Assembly: GCF_009914755.1 (NCBI RefSeq)
Contig: NC_060945.1
Length of the DNA: 64,000 nucleotides
Source of the DNA: the human T2T-CHM13v2.0 reference genome, Homo sapiens
Strand: one strand, 5' to 3'
The notes beneath the pieces were generated by a model, which made no database searches, had not been told where the DNA came from, and saw only the letters and a program-made list of their open reading frames with translations. The translations under genes were made by a program, and so were the position numbers. Of the stretch, positions 25,179 through 41,570 are shown in pieces; within the stretch, counting starts at the first letter, position 1; each line of letters begins with the position of its first letter.

Positions 25179-26540
25179 TGAAGTTTGTGGTTTTTGTTCA
25201 AATTTTATAAGGGTACAATATAATGTGTTTAATCATCATGGTGGCCACTTTTTATACATAGCTTTTTAAAAACTTAAATGCAAACTTCACAACCTTTGCC
25301 TCATACTGAATGAGGCCTCATAACAAGCCCTCCAGATGAGTCAGTACCAGTAGAAGTCTGATTTCACATTCCATGAGTGTTTGCTGAAGGAGAATACATG
25401 TGCCTGTGTTCTGCTGGGCATTTCTGAAGGATATTGACAAGCACAGCATATAAATCCTAGGCTAGCTGTGTCACAGATTGGCACAATGGCAGAAAGAATA
25501 TCTCTGTGAATTTACATCCCGGCAGAGGCAAATCAATCAGTCAACTATGGAGTTGATTGATTTCCATTGTTAAATTCAATTGGAAAAAAAAGTTGAAATT
25601 TTCTCATATTCTTTGTCATCTAATATCTGTGTTTTTCTCTGTTCAGTTACTCTTCTCTGGATTTCAAATAGAATTTCTAATAATAAACGTGTACCAATTC
25701 TATCATCAAGCTGTTTATGTTCTTTACATTTCTGTTCTTGATAATTATATGCTAGTCTTTGAATATGAAGATAATGCTTCTGACCCAATATTCATAATGC
25801 ATGTGCCTCGAGTTGTTATTTTTTGCAAGAGAAATAAGTTTATTTTGATCTGATACATTTTCTTTCCCAGTCTTCATGTGACCAGCAGCACCAACTGCAA
25901 GACTGTCTGTCACCTGAGTGTGACTTGCAACCAAGCACATGTGGGAATTCAGTGAAGGCCCCTGCCTTGACCTCATTATCAACAGGAACCAGCCAAAGAC
26001 AGTGGTCACTCTTTATCCATGTAAATAGACACCGTAATTTATTTTCAAAAAAATCCAAAGGAAAAAATTTAAGGCCATTATAATACCAGAAATCTGCACT
26101 GTGAGTACTTGGAAGATGACAGTTGATAAAGCTGGGAGGTTTACAATGACTAGATTGTCAGAAGGGGTTAAATGTATGTTCTAATAATAAGAGAACAAGA
26201 AAAAAGAATGCCCTGGTGAAGTGTAAATTTAAAATACAGTGGTACATTTTAGGAAAACCAAAAATCAATCCATGAACTTTGAAATGAAGGGAGATAGTTC
26301 TGAGAGAACTAGAGGAACTGGACTTGAGATCCAAGATTACAATTTACTCAATTTTTTATAGATACTTTAAGTATGGAAAATTTAATTTTATTCTTATAGA
26401 TAGTAAGGTATAATACAGAATATAAAGTCCATTAAATTAAGGTGATTATAGATCCTGGTTTTCTTGACACTCCTATATCATGCTGATGGTTCCTGTGTGA
26501 ATATTAACATTACCCCCTTCAATTCACAAGTGTCTTGCAC

Positions 26541-26575
26541 TGTGTGTGTGTGTGTGCGCGCACACGTGCGTGTGT
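26541..26575. repeat. (TG)n/(CG)n alternating purine-pyrimidine microsatellite
   Basis: tgtgtgtgtgtgtgtgcgcgcacacgtgcgtgtgt. Confidence 0.9.
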
Positions 26576-28181
26576 AGCTTTTGGTTTTATTCTTGTTTGT
26601 TTGTTTTGCAAAAATGAAATAATAGCAAACATGTGATCCTGAAACTTTCTTCACTGAATACGTATCTTAGAATCTTTATTTTTCTTATTATTCAAAATAA
26701 TTCATTTTTTAACCTACTACTTACTCATCATTGAATATAGTTATTTAATCCTCTTTTAAAACCATTTGAATTGTTTTAAATTTTGTCCTACTGCAAATAA
26801 TTTCATCATATTCTTTTAACCTATAACTGCACATATGTTTTAGTATTTCTGTAGGTTAAATTTTTGGAAATGGTATCAGATCAAAAAAGTTAACATTAAA
26901 GTCATAATCAATATTCCCAAATGTAGACACATTTTTGAATCTTCAACTTAATCACTTTCATAAAATTTCAACTTTCCTTAATAATACTTCCAATTTAAAC
27001 TAAGGAGCTTTAATTGTTTAGGACCACAAAGATTTCTATCAGAGGGAGGACAAAACGTGAAATATTTTGTTTTGTAACTTATTTGTTGCAAAAAAACATC
27101 ACTGCTGTTTGGAAATTGAGAAACTGTCCAAACAAGTACACTATGGACAACAAATGTCGTGAACTGCCTGTCCACACTGAGGTTTGAGAGCCACAGGAGA
27201 CTTGAGACTTCTTCTAAGACAGTTTAAAGAAGTCTCATTTATTTGTCTTTTTATACAATGTAGCAAATCAATATATTAAATAATATAAGAACACCAAGCT
27301 TTCTTACATATAAAACTAGAGTAACCTATCAAACAAAGCTGTTCCACGTAACTGAGAACTCATTAACCCTGAGGTACTAGGAATATATGAAGTCAGTGCA
27401 ATAGCAGGCGATAGCCTGTCACGTGCAACTAGGGCTGCTGGTGGGGAAAAGTACAACATCCCAGATTCGTCAGTGATGTGGCTGGATTGTTGGGTGTGAG
27501 AAATGCACCAGCCCTGACTCAGAGATGCCCTCTCTTGCTCATCTTCCTGTCATTCTGGTGCTGAACACCTGTGCCCACCCATAGTGACCTGTGACCGAGG
27601 GCATGGGCACCAACACCTTCCCTATCTCCCTGTCTTTTTTCTTTCCCTCTTTTCCCTTTATTCATTCCACTATCCTTCTTCCTCCCCCTCACAACCCCAA
27701 CTCTTTTCATATCATCAACAAATGGCAAGTACAGGCCCTGAGGAAGACACAGATGACTAAGATGGAGCTTCTGCCCTTGAAAAGCCCCTGATCTAGTCTG
27801 GGAGACTGACATATAATCAGAGGATCAGATAGCCTGATGAATACCATGATCATGTGCCTGACACCTTAGAGTAAAGAAAATGTGGCATCTCATGTTGCTA
27901 GGAGGAATCAGGACAGCTTTGCAGAGCACCAGGTGTTTGTGATGCATCTGCAAGTTCATTGTCTTTGAGTGTAGGAAACCACCATTGGAGCATATAGGCT
28001 GGACCTAGGAACCCTGGGCTCTGCACCAAACACAGGCTCCTGAATGGAAGATAGGTGACATTGTCACTGTCCTCAGTCCCTGCCCTGGCTTGCCTAGAAT
28101 GCAATAAATTAAGTTGTTATAGGTGGTGTGTACTTGTACCTAAAGATGTCACTGCTAGCTGAGAGGAAATAAGCCCCTGAA

Positions 28182-28490
28182 GATTGTTAGGGCAGTGAAA
28201 TTATTCTTTAAGATACTGTTATGGGAAATATATGACATAATGCATTTAGCAAAGCCCATAGAACCGTACAACACAGGGACTAAATCCTAATATAAACTGT
28301 GGATGTTAGTTAATCATAATGCATGAATATTGGTTCATCAGTTGTAACAAATGTGCCACACCAACACAAAATGTTAACAATAGGAAAAACCAGAGGCTGG
28401 TGGGGGAAGAGAGTATACAGGAACCCCATATATTTTGCTCACATTTTCTGAAAACCTAAAACTGGTCTAAAAATCAAAGTCTATTAATTT
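28182..28490 (+). mobile_element. L1MC-type 3' end
   Basis: ttagggcagtgaaa...ttggttcatcagttgtaacaaatgtgccacac...acctaaaactggtctaaaaat. Confidence 0.75.
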
Positions 28491-28659
28491 TTTTAAACAC
28501 CTTGAAACAGTATGTCTATCTTCTATTAGTTCCCTGCCTTTGTGAAAATAAGAGCAGACTTTTGGTTTTTCTTCTTTAGGACAAGAATTATATTTTTATA
28601 ATAACTCCTCCATTTCTTTTGATATATCTAATTATTTCTTTAATAACTGGATCAAACAC

Positions 28660-29590
28660 TTTAATATTAATGAAGGTAGAGCCAATAGGATATCCTGGTA
28701 GATTGGAAGAGACAGTGAGAGAAACAGAGGCATAAAGGATGATGCTGAAGTTTTTGGCTTGAGCAAGAAGAAGCAGGGCTGGTACTAGGGTGAGCCAAGT
28801 GAGATGCTGAGGGCATACAATTTAAGGAGGCCCTTGCATAGCCATGCAAAAGCAAGGTCAGCACTTCCTTGATGCTCTGAATGCCTTAAAGTTTGTGCCT
28901 AAGTGGTTGGCTTACTTCACTCTTGTCCTAGTCCTGACTGGATCAATGATATCACCATCCACTGAGTTGGGGCAGGCTGAGCAGAAGCAAATTTGGGGAG
29001 GCTGGATTGAATATAGAAGCTTGGTTCCGGACATGTTGACTTTGAGATGGCCATTGAACATTCAAGTGGAGACATCAGGTAGTCAGCTGGATCTCTGAGT
29101 CTATATCTCAGGAAAGAGGCTGAGACTAAAGTTATGTATTTAGAAGTTATCACAAGACTAGATGAACTCATGAAGAAAGTGAGTGTGAATGGATAGTTAG
29201 ATGGATAAGGGAAGAGTTTCAAGGCCTGAGCCATGAAATACTTCTATTTGTCAGAAAGAAAAAGAGGAGCCAGCAAGGAACCTTGAAAAAGAGCAGGCAA
29301 TAAGAGAAGGAACACTGGCAGTGTACATTCCTGGAAGACAAGACAATGCTTCAAGGAGTAGAGAGTAATAAGTTGTGTTTCATGCTGCTAGAGTTGAGTT
29401 AGACAAAGCTTGAAACTAGAACTTTGGTGTTAGTAGCATTGAGGTCATCGACGATGTTGACTAAAACAGTTTTGGTGGAGAGATGACAACAGAAGCCTGA
29501 ACAGAGTGCACTGAAGAGAGAAGAAGAGAGGAGAGAAATTTGATTCTGCATATACATAAAACTCTTTCAAGGTCTTTTAGAAAGAGGAAG
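28660..29590 (-). mobile_element. L2 fragment containing a small hAT (MER91-like) insert at about 28774-28937
   Basis: ggatgatgctgaagtttttggcttgagcaa...caagtggagacatcaggtagtcagctggat L2 motifs; insert bounded by cagggctgg...ctagtcctg. Confidence 0.6.
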
Positions 29591-31918
29591 GAAGATAGAA
29601 AGAGAGAGACAGACAGACAGAGTGAGAGAGATGAGAGAGAAGCCAGAGGGGGAAGAGAGGTCCAGAATTTAATACTTTCCCAGTTTTTCCAACTTGCATC
29701 TCAACCCCTTATCTCTGGGTTTTAGCAGTGGATACTTTGAGATTCTAATATTTATCTCCTCAGAACGTGAGATGCAGAAGAGGAGATAGGAAATTGAGAT
29801 AATAACTACTTTCTTCTGATGGGTGGGAAAAATTCTATATGAGAGTTTTTCTACCAAGACACATGTGAAAGGAAGTGGCAACATGTGGCAATTCATCTAA
29901 GATCAACAACTTTTTTTCTCTGTTTGAATTTGTTGATTTGGAAGTTATTTGTCTGGCTCTGCAACAGAATCATTATTTGCTCTACCAATTTTTCTAAAGT
30001 CTCACATGCTGATGCCAGTTAAAAAAGAATACATTTTAGTCTGTCAACTTTTGCTTACAAAAGAGGATCTAAAAGTGTGTTCCAAGGTAATTTGAACAGA
30101 CTCTTTCAAGATAGCGCATATTTTAGTAGATCCACAGAACAGTAAATATAACTTGATAATCACCCCCAACATTTCTTGCATTGGAAAATTGAATTGGCAG
30201 GTTTGCATAATAAAGGGCTAAAATTATGAACCACACAAGATTTGCCTGAAACTTGATTGTTCAGGCTCAAAATTCTCTACTGAATACTCTTGTGCTTGCT
30301 TTTGTATTTATCCATTTTCATGAAACTGCTTAGGGCAGACATTTCTTTTTTAAATCTTTTTTCATAAAAATAAATTGTAATAAATATGCCGGCGGATGGT
30401 AGAGATGCCGACCCTACCGAGGAGCAGATGGCAGAAACAGAGAGAAACGACGAGGAGCAGTTCGAATGCCAGGAACGGCTCAAGTGCCAGGTGCAGGTGG
30501 GGGCCCCCGAGGAGGAGGAGGAGGACGCGGGCCTGGTGGCCAAGGCCGAGGCCGTGGCTGCAGGCTGGATGCTCGATTTCCTCCGCTTCTCTCTTTGCCG
30601 AGCTTTCCGCGACGGCCGCTCGGAGGACTTCTGCAGGATCCGCAACAGGGCAGAGGCTATTATTCATGGACTATCCAGTCTAACAGCTTACCAGTTGAGA
30701 ACGATATACATATGTCAGTTTTTGACAAGAATTGCAGCAGGAAAAACCCTTGATGCACAGTTTGAAAATGATGAATGAATTACACCCTTGGAATCAGCCC
30801 TGATGATTTGGGGTTCAACTGAAAAGGAACATGACAAACTTCAAGAAGAAATACAGAATTTAATTAAAATTCAGGCTATAGCTGTTTGTATGGAAAATGG
30901 CAACTTTAAAGAAGCAGAAGTCTTTGAAAGAATATTTGGTGATCCAAATTCTTATATGCCTCTCAAAAGCAAATTGCTTATGATAATCTCTCAGAAAGAT
31001 ACATTTCATTCCTTTTTTCAACACTTCAGCTACAATCACATGATGGAGAAAATTAAGAGTTATGTGAATTATGTGCTAAGTGAAAAATCATCAACCTTTC
31101 TAATGAAGGCAGCAGCAAAAGTAGTAGAAAGTAAAAGAACAAGAACAATAACTTCTCAAGATAAAGCTAATGAAAATTATGTTGAAACGGAAACTGAAGC
31201 TAATTTGGATACAAGAAAAAGGTCTCACAAGAATCTTTTCTTATCTAAGTTACAACATGGGACCCAGCAACAAGACCTTAATAAGAAAGAAAGAAGAGTA
31301 GGAACTCTTCAAAGTACAAAAAAGAAAAAAGAAAGCAGAAGAGCCACTGAAAGCAGAATACCTGTTTCAAAGAGTCAACCGGTAACTCCTGAAAAACATC
31401 GAGCTAGAAAAAGACAGGCATGGCTTCAGGAAGAAGACAAGAATTTGAGATCTGGCATGAGGAAATATGGAGAGGGAATTATAAATTCAACAACCGGACA
31501 AGTGTCATGTTAAAAGACAGATGGAGGACCATGAAGAAACTAAAACTGATTTGCTCAGACAGCGAAGACTGATTGTGTTTGTAAAAGCTTGATGAAAGGA
31601 CAGTTAAGTATTTTGATCACTGCATTTTGTTTGAAACTTGTGTCATTGATGTATTTTAAAACTTTTGTTTAAGCATTACAGTATTTTTCTGTGACCATCA
31701 ATTAATATGAGGGTTTGTGCTATAAGAGTTAGAGCATATGCTATCATTGTATTCTTTAAGAACTTTATTTTGATAAAATGTAAATTTGTTGAACCCTGCC
31801 ACATTTAGTATCCCCACCCCCAAAACCTGTTCCAATGAAAAAATTAAAACCTGTTACGAAAAAAAAATTCAGTTAACCTATTTTGTGTCTGTAGGCTGAC
31901 CTCAACACTGTAACATAA

Positions 31919-32222
<304 letters not shown>

Positions 32223-32427
32223 TAAAATGAATTTTCTAGATGACTGAATAACAGTAGTCCTTTGATAGGAGATAATGACTTGGTTTATGGCCTTAATACA
32301 CTACTTAATTACTTAAGATGTTTATTAATAGAATGATAAATGTACAGAGTAACCTACAAGCATGACATACTTTTGCTTTCAGTAGTTTCATGTAAAGAAA
32401 AAAACTTGAAAATAGTAATACCTGAGG

Positions 32428-32640
32428 ACCCATGGGAATAACAGACACTGGGGAGGTAGGGTGGGGAGCGGGAACAAGAGCTGAAAAACTACCTACTGGG
32501 GACTCTTCTCACTACCTGGGTGACAGGATCATCCATACCCTAAACCTCAACATCACACAGTACACCCAGCTAACAAACCTGCCCATGTGTTCCCTGAATC
32601 TAAAAAAAAATTGAAATAATTGTTTTAAAAAAGAAAAAGA
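32428..32640 (+). mobile_element. L1 (L1PB/L1MA-like) 3' end inside the TERF1 3' UTR copy
   Basis: gctgaaaaactaccta...actacctgggtgacaggatc...aacaaacctgcccatgtgttccctgaatctaaaa. Confidence 0.8.
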
Positions 32641-34439
32641 CAATAGTATTACCCATGGGACAAAATTTGTACTATTAGCAAGAATCATTTGTGTCTCATT
32701 TAGAAACAATTTGACTTTTGTTCCAGTGTTTAAACTTTGACAAAAATGGTTTTGAATAGATCTTTATAACCTGATGCCATAAATACAAGATTCTCTGATA
32801 CCTTCATTTAATATATCAATATTGGGCCTAAAAGAGTATTCTATAAAGCTTAAATTGGTATTAACTATGATCATCTTGATGTCTATGATAGATAATAAAC
32901 AAGGTCATACATACCTTACTAAATAATTTTGGTTTTTCACCAACATTTTATCTAAAAGATTTAGACTAACAGAATTATTTAGCATTTCGAGTCATGTGCT
33001 TTATTTAGCAAGTGAGTAAAAATATTGGAATATTGAAGTATTTGCATAAAAAATCAAATGGCAGTGTTTTGTGATCTCTATTGTATTTTCTATTAAGGTT
33101 TCATATATTACTTTCCCATTGTTTCTGAATTTGTTATCCTATATATAAACAGAAACATGGATGAGTACCATAAAAAATAAATAAATAAATATGCCAAACT
33201 CACTCCAATAGCATCCATCATATCATATGTATTATATAAATACATATTTTACCATTATAATTGACAAACCAGCAATTATGAGCTTGATTCTTTGTGGATG
33301 CATTAGGAGAGTGTTTCTTCATAGGATATAATATTTTGTAATTTCTTATTCTTTACTGCTTGCTGCGCTGTAAAACGTTTATAAAATGAGTTCCTTTTGG
33401 GGTGTGAAATGAGCAATCATCAGAGGAAAAGCATTAAGGACAAGAAAGTGGAGTGAGGATCATGAAGCATGTGCATTTCTTTCTCAAGGTCATGGGTAAA
33501 TTTCAGCTCCATGGAAAATCTTGAGAAAGAATCCAGCAAGAATGAGATCATGAAATGTTAGCTTTCCCCAAGTAGAAATTCCATAATTGAACTATAAAAT
33601 TGCTGCTTACAAATTTTTTCTTCTAAATTCCACTTGAAATTAGGGAATTGAAAGGGCCAGGAGGGACCTTGGAATTCATCTAGTCTGAATTCATTATACA
33701 TAGGAAAAGTTAAGCTGAGCCATTCTGCAAGTCACACTAATGTGACATAGAAAATACTAGAACCTAAGGTTCTGAATTACTGTTTCAGGTGTTCATCTGC
33801 TACAACAAACATTTATCAAACACCTAGTAGGTATAAGAGATCATTTAAACCCACCCCAAAGGATACAAAGTTGAGGAAATCACTCTTTGCCTTTGCAGAA
33901 ATCACAATCTATTATCAAAGCATATGATAGAAATTTCAATATCTAAAACACAAGATCCAAAGTGTTGAGTGCCATGAGAATGATATAAGAGTTTAAGAAG
34001 GGAGAGATACAACAAAGTTTGGGCAAGCCAGTATGTTTCTTGAAGGAATAGCACTTAATTTGTGATGTGAAGATAAAATCTCAGTAAAGAAAAATGGGGA
34101 AGAAGATGGTAAGCCTGGCAGAAGGAATATTATTAGCAAGTGCAGGAAAATATACTCTAATCAAAAAGAGCAAGTAGCCTAATGTGACTGGATTTCAATT
34201 TACCTTTACATTTTTCTATCATGTTATTTCATGCCCATAAATTATGGCAATAGTCTAAATGAACTTGAATATCAGACCAAATTGCCTTGTCTTATGTAGT
34301 AACCCACTCAAGTTTCTAAGCAGAAAATAACCTGACCCCCATTCTCTGAGATTTGAGAAAAAATTGTGTATCCTTCATTAAAGTTTGGAATGCATTTTGG
34401 AAGGAAAGAGGAAAACTGAACGAATATGTCCTGACCACG

Positions 34440-35790
34440 TGTATTACTCATTTGCTCTGAAAGCCATACCCTGCCCCTTTTTCTGCTCAGCTCTGAATGT
34501 TAGTCTGAGACTTAGGTTTAGCTAAGTGAAGGCAGAGGAGCAGGCATCCAAAGGGTGGAAGGGAAGGAGAAGCCAGACTATTTCTTCTCACTCTCTGTAC
34601 TTGAGGTAGCATCTCTTCTCTGGTTTCGGTTCCTGTTGTGCAGTCTTTGCCATGCTTCCAGCCTGGCAGCCTTGGCATTTCCTAAGCAGTTCCTTCTCCA
34701 TGATTCCAGGTCCTACTGAGGCCCCAACTCAGAGAATCCCGTAGTGCCATTGCCTCCCTTTGTGCTCCATTTCTGATATCATAGAGACTTTCTGTTGTTG
34801 CTAACCTCTGGGTGCTTCACATTTCCTTATTAACTTTTTCCACTCTTCCAATATAGGATATTAAAAAGCATATTACTGAAATGTTAAAAAGCATATCTGC
34901 CTTTAGATATAATTAAACAAAGGGCCTCAAACAAAGTCACCATGGACCTGCCTCTTTCTCCCTATTCCTGGACTCTTCTGTGCTCTTTTTGCATTGTCTT
35001 TGCTGTCAGGCTAGTTCTTTCTGCATAATTGGAAAGATGACTGTTGCTTGGCCCAAGTCTACATCCTTATGGCTCATAATCCAAATGAAAAAGAGATTAT
35101 CTATTTTCCAGAAACCCTGTATTAAATCTCAAATTTGAATTTGATTGATTTGCTAGAGGGTAGGGTGATGAAGTTCTCTGGTCCTGGTCATTGGAGAAGG
35201 GTAAATGTTATTTCAGCCTCATTCAAGTTTTATGGAGCGAGGCATAACATTTACTCAAAAGAAGGGATACTGGGCAAACAACAGTCATCTAATACAGACA
35301 GATGCTGAAAATTATCTATTTGCTCCTCCATATCCACTCTTCATCCTTTTCTAACCTGATTTTGTGCAAAGGAAGCTCACCTCCTTGGCCACTCTCTTCC
35401 TTTGTCCTCTGACTTTACATCAAGTGCAGCCAATGGAGCACATTGCCATGGGATTGGAAAGCAAGAGGAAAGAGCCTTAGTGGGGTTTATTCCACCCCCA
35501 CCTGGCCAAGCAGTGATGTGGCAGTGGCGGTGGCAGCATCCCTCACTGAAGCAGCTCTTGCTGGGTAGTATCTCCCATGTGCAGGTTCCCCAGTGCTCTG
35601 ATAAGAGCTCCTACCTCCCCCATCCCTACAGGACTGATGGTAGGAATGGCCTTCACCACCTCTAGTCCTTGGGTGCGTCATTGCTTCTAGTGGGTTCCTT
35701 AGCTTTGTCCATACCCTGAATGAACTCTTGATTAAACCCTCTTCAGTTATCCTTTTTTTAGCATGCCAACTGATCCAGCCAGGACCTGGT
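34440..35790. mobile_element. Cluster of ancient ERVL/MaLR LTR fragments (LTR33/LTR16/MLT1-like)
   Basis: Degenerate motifs such as ttctgttgttgctaacctctgggtgcttcacatt and ttaaaccctcttcagtta; families and boundaries uncertain. Confidence 0.4.
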
Positions 35791-37188
35791 ACTTATGGGT
35801 TAAATGATTATTGCCACTTTCTAGCTGACAAAGCCAAGCTTAAACATTTTCAGAAACTTACTAGAGACCACACAATGAGGAGGAGGTGGGTTTGGGACTG
35901 AAATTTTTGTTTATTTGCCTTCAAAATCTGGATCTTAAAAGAACAATTTCTCCCCCTTTGACAGACATAAACCCAACGGCATCTGTGCCATTGTCATGTG
36001 CCTTGTCTGTCTACCTTCTACATACATCCGATTATGATGGGCCAGACAGACAGGGATTTTGGCTTCCTTAGCAAAATTGGCTCTTAAGTTAAAAGGAAAA
36101 ACAAAATAAGATGGAGAATCCCCTCTCCTACATTCACAACTTCATGGCTGATTCCAGTTTGCTTTTTGTTAATATACACATTCCATTTCTTATAGTCTGT
36201 GAGTAAATGGGCCTTTCATAAGCCCATCCAAAGGGTAGCTTACAATTTTCATTCTGTCCCCTCTCCTTGCACTTTTCTTAAAGTGAATGAATTACTAGTT
36301 AATGCCTGAGAGAGTAAAATCCCTGATCCAATTTTTTCACAAAATGTATAGTTTTATGTGGAAGAAAATAGGAGTCTGGAAGATACTCAGCCTCAATGAA
36401 CTTTACTCCTCTGAGGAAGGTTAGCAAGAGGGATAGGAGTCAGGAGAGGCACCCTCATTAGTCACCAGCTCTGATTGTAAACAGTGGGATCATTGCTTTT
36501 AATTCTTTACCATAGAACTTTCTCTGGCACCAGATTCATGTAAGTATAATTCAGAAATGTAAGTGGATAACAGCTTATTGTCCAAGGTTCCCAAGGACCA
36601 AAAAAGAAGGTGCAAAAAATACTTAAAAGTAGCCAAGTAACTCTGACCTGGAGTGCTGAAGTTCATTCCCTTTCTACATCATTTGCATAATATCTCCATA
36701 TCCAAATGGTATCCCAGAATACATGAAGGAATTAGGAAGTCTAAAAAGTTAAATGGAAAATAATAGCATGGGTAAAGTGCAATTAATGCCATAAGCAGGA
36801 AAGGCAAATACACTGATTTAGCTGAGATTTAACACAACTTTGGAATTCAACTTGGCAAAGCAAGAGGGGACATTGGAAAAGCCGTACCTTGCTAAGAGAG
36901 AAAGTAGCTTTCTATTCTGAAGCAGCTATATATGTGCAGTCATAGAAGGCCCAATCCACGAGAGAAATGAGCAGTCTGGTTTATGGGAAGAATCCAATGC
37001 AAGAAGGCATTTACATGTAGCTAAATCACTGATCTTGAGAGGTCAAGGAAGATAGAAACCTTATTTAATGACAAGGTAACAAAAACAGAAATAACACTTT
37101 TTAAATTATTTTTAAAATCTTACTTGTGATGCATACTAATGTCCCAGAGTTGTGTGGGCTTTTCTTCAGAAGTACAGATTCACAAAGG

Positions 37189-37189
37189 G

Positions 37190-37220
<31 letters not shown>

Positions 37221-37515
37221 TTATACTTTAAGTTCTGGGATACATGTGCAGAATGTGCAGGTTTGTTACATAGGTATACAGATGCCATGGTGGTTTGCTG
37301 CACCCGTCAACACATCATCTATGTTAGGTATTTCTCCTAATGCCATCACTCTCCTAGCCCCTCACCCCATAATAGGCCCCACTGTGTGATGTTCCCCTCC
37401 TTCTGTCCATGTGATCTCATTGTTCAGTTCCCACTTGTGAGTGAGAACATGCGATATTTGGTTTTCTGTTCCTGTGTTAGTTTTCTTAGAATGATGGTTT
37501 CCAGCTTCATCCATG
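37189..37515 (-). mobile_element. L1PA 3' end with (ttta)n tail
   Basis: tattatactttaagttctgggatacatgtgcag...gagtgagaacatgcg...ccagcttcatccatg. Confidence 0.92.
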
Positions 37516-38378
37516 ATTATTTTGAGAAAAGTTTAGAGTAAAACAAAGGATAGACCAAGGGCCTCTGTGGTCAGAGTTTGTGCTCTGAAAGGGGGACCCT
37601 CTCTCCATGGTGCTAGGCAGTCACAGTGATACACAGATAAAACAGAAATGATCTCCCTGTTTTCTTCAACAAAGTTCCAATTACTCCCAGCATCTTCACA
37701 ATGGGTGAGAATGAACCTCTGTTGAGTGCAACATGCTCCGTGGTTTGTGTTTCTTTACTTTTTTGTTTTGCTGCAAGGTTGCAGGCTCCTTTGTAGTCTA
37801 CAAACACCTTGAGAGCAGGAATGGCCTTTATTCATCATTGTTCTTATTTCTTAGCTCAAGGCCTGGACACATAGCAGGCATTTAATAAAGTGAGTTCTGT
37901 TAACCTCATCTTTAAATGTTGATGTTGTTTTCTTTTCAGGAGAAAAACTTATTTAGGTCACAGACATACACACATACCACATGCATTCACACTCCAGAAA
38001 AGTAAATCCAACACATACACACACACAAAGAACAACTGATGTAAAAAATAATAATGGTAAATTGAAGGCAATAAAACATTTATTTTTATACTAAAATTAA
38101 AAAATAAGATATGAAGAAAGCTGAGCATAAAAGATTGACATATACAGAAGCTACAATAAAACAGACCCACAAAGCATTATTTCATGTCTTCATGTATTGA
38201 TTTTTTTTCTCTAACATGGGGAATGAGGTAGGTTTTCCATTGCCTCCCACTTTCTGTTGGCTGCTGATGGCTACATTTCCTTTTCTGAGAATCTCACATA
38301 TTGACCATAGATATTGTTGTCACTAAATAAACCACAGGCACCATTAATCAAATAGGAATTAGTGAAAGGGAAAGAGGT

Positions 38379-39504
<1,126 letters not shown>

Positions 39505-40611
39505 GGAGGTTTTTTGTTTAGCATATTACAGGATATTGACTTGAGTAGGAACTCAGATTTCACAGACAGATAGTTGGATGAGGTCTATGTATTAACACCA
39601 CATTGAATATAAACTCTATAAGTGAGAAGCATTGTTTCCAGGAAGAGCAAATACCACATTCCAACCATATTGATGGTTGTTGAGTCAGGGCCCTCTTATT
39701 CTATGAGATTCCTGTCGAAACTACCTTATCAGCAACTGTCTGGCTGAGAGCAAGAATAATCTTTTGCCTCTTTTATACACAGATTTTATGTAGTTAATTA
39801 AATAAATGTTAATTTAAATTAATAAAAATCATACTAAAGCAATTTCTAAAAATATATTTATCAGCCACTTTTTTTTGTAGGTCTTCAATAGAATAATGAA
39901 ATCCATGAAAAATCCTCGGGTTTTCAGAGTTTCATCTTGATATCTTAGCATTCTGTCAAACTATAGGCTGAGGGAGAAACATTCTGCAGCTTCCCTTAGA
40001 AGACCCACTTTGGATCCACCTTTCCGCAGAGGCATTTTTCAGGATTTCTGTGTCTAGATTTCTCCCTGGGAAAACCAGGGATAAAACCATCAGTCACATC
40101 ACTTGCAGCCCAGGGAATGTTCAGCTGGCACACGTGACTAGATCAGTGGTAGAAGGCATGCAGGACTTAGGATTTCACATTTCTTTACGTTTGACCTTTA
40201 CATTTCTAACAAGAAAGGCATTGTTTATTAATGTCTTCATTTTACACAGGAAAAAAAATGAAGATCAGGATAGTTAAGGCAGTAATTTTCCTATGTTTTT
40301 CACTCTTTTGAGGAACGGGCTGGCCCTGGGAGATGGGATGCAGTGAGAAGGAAGAAAAGGCAGCCTAGCTTTTATCTCATCAAAGTCAAAAGTCTTATGG
40401 ACACACCTTTGCAATACCTCTCCTGGAAGTGACTTAAGTGTTATGTATTTCCACATGCCCTTATTTTAGTAATTTTTCCATGGGAAAACAAACCCATGAC
40501 TCAGTAAAATTTGACAAAGTAAATCACCTAAAATTTCACAACAAAACTCCCCCTAAATGGCGGTGGGAAGCCATAGTTAGAAACAAATTTTGGCCTACTA
40601 TTTTTCAACTA

Positions 40612-40976
40612 ATTTTTAAAATAGTGGTAAAATACACATAACATAAAATTTACCATCTTAACCATTCTTAAGTGTGCAGTTCAATAGCGTTAAGTGAATT
40701 ACATTGTTGTGTAATCAATGTCCAGAGCTTTTCCATCTGTCACAACTGAAACTCTATCCCCATTAAACAACTCCTCATTTTCCCCTCTCCTCAGCTCCTG
40801 GCAACCATAATTCTACTTTCCATTTCTATGCATTTTATTACTTTAGACACTTCATGTAAGTGGACCCATAGTATTTGTCTTTTTGTGGCTTGCTTATTTT
40901 ACTTAGCATGTCTGCAAGATGCCTCCACGTTGTAGTATTGTGTCAGAGTTTCATTCCCTTTTAAGGCTGAATAATA

Positions 40977-41011
<35 letters not shown>

Positions 41012-41100
41012 TTTGTTTCCATTCATCTGTAGATGAACACTTGAGTAGTTTCTAATCTTGACTATTGTAAGTAATGCTGCTATGAACATAGGTGTACACT
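40612..41100 (-). mobile_element. L1MB-type 3' end containing (TA)n at about 40980-41008
   Basis: gtggtaaaatacacataacataaaatttaccatcttaacc...ttttaaggctgaataatatt...aatgctgctatgaacat. Confidence 0.85.
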
Positions 41101-41186
41101 CTACCTACTACTTTTAATCACAATTTAAACCCTTCCATTTTGAGAAAAGTTGTAAAATAACAGAATATGTTTTGTTTAGAAAATTA

Positions 41187-41570
<384 letters not shown>

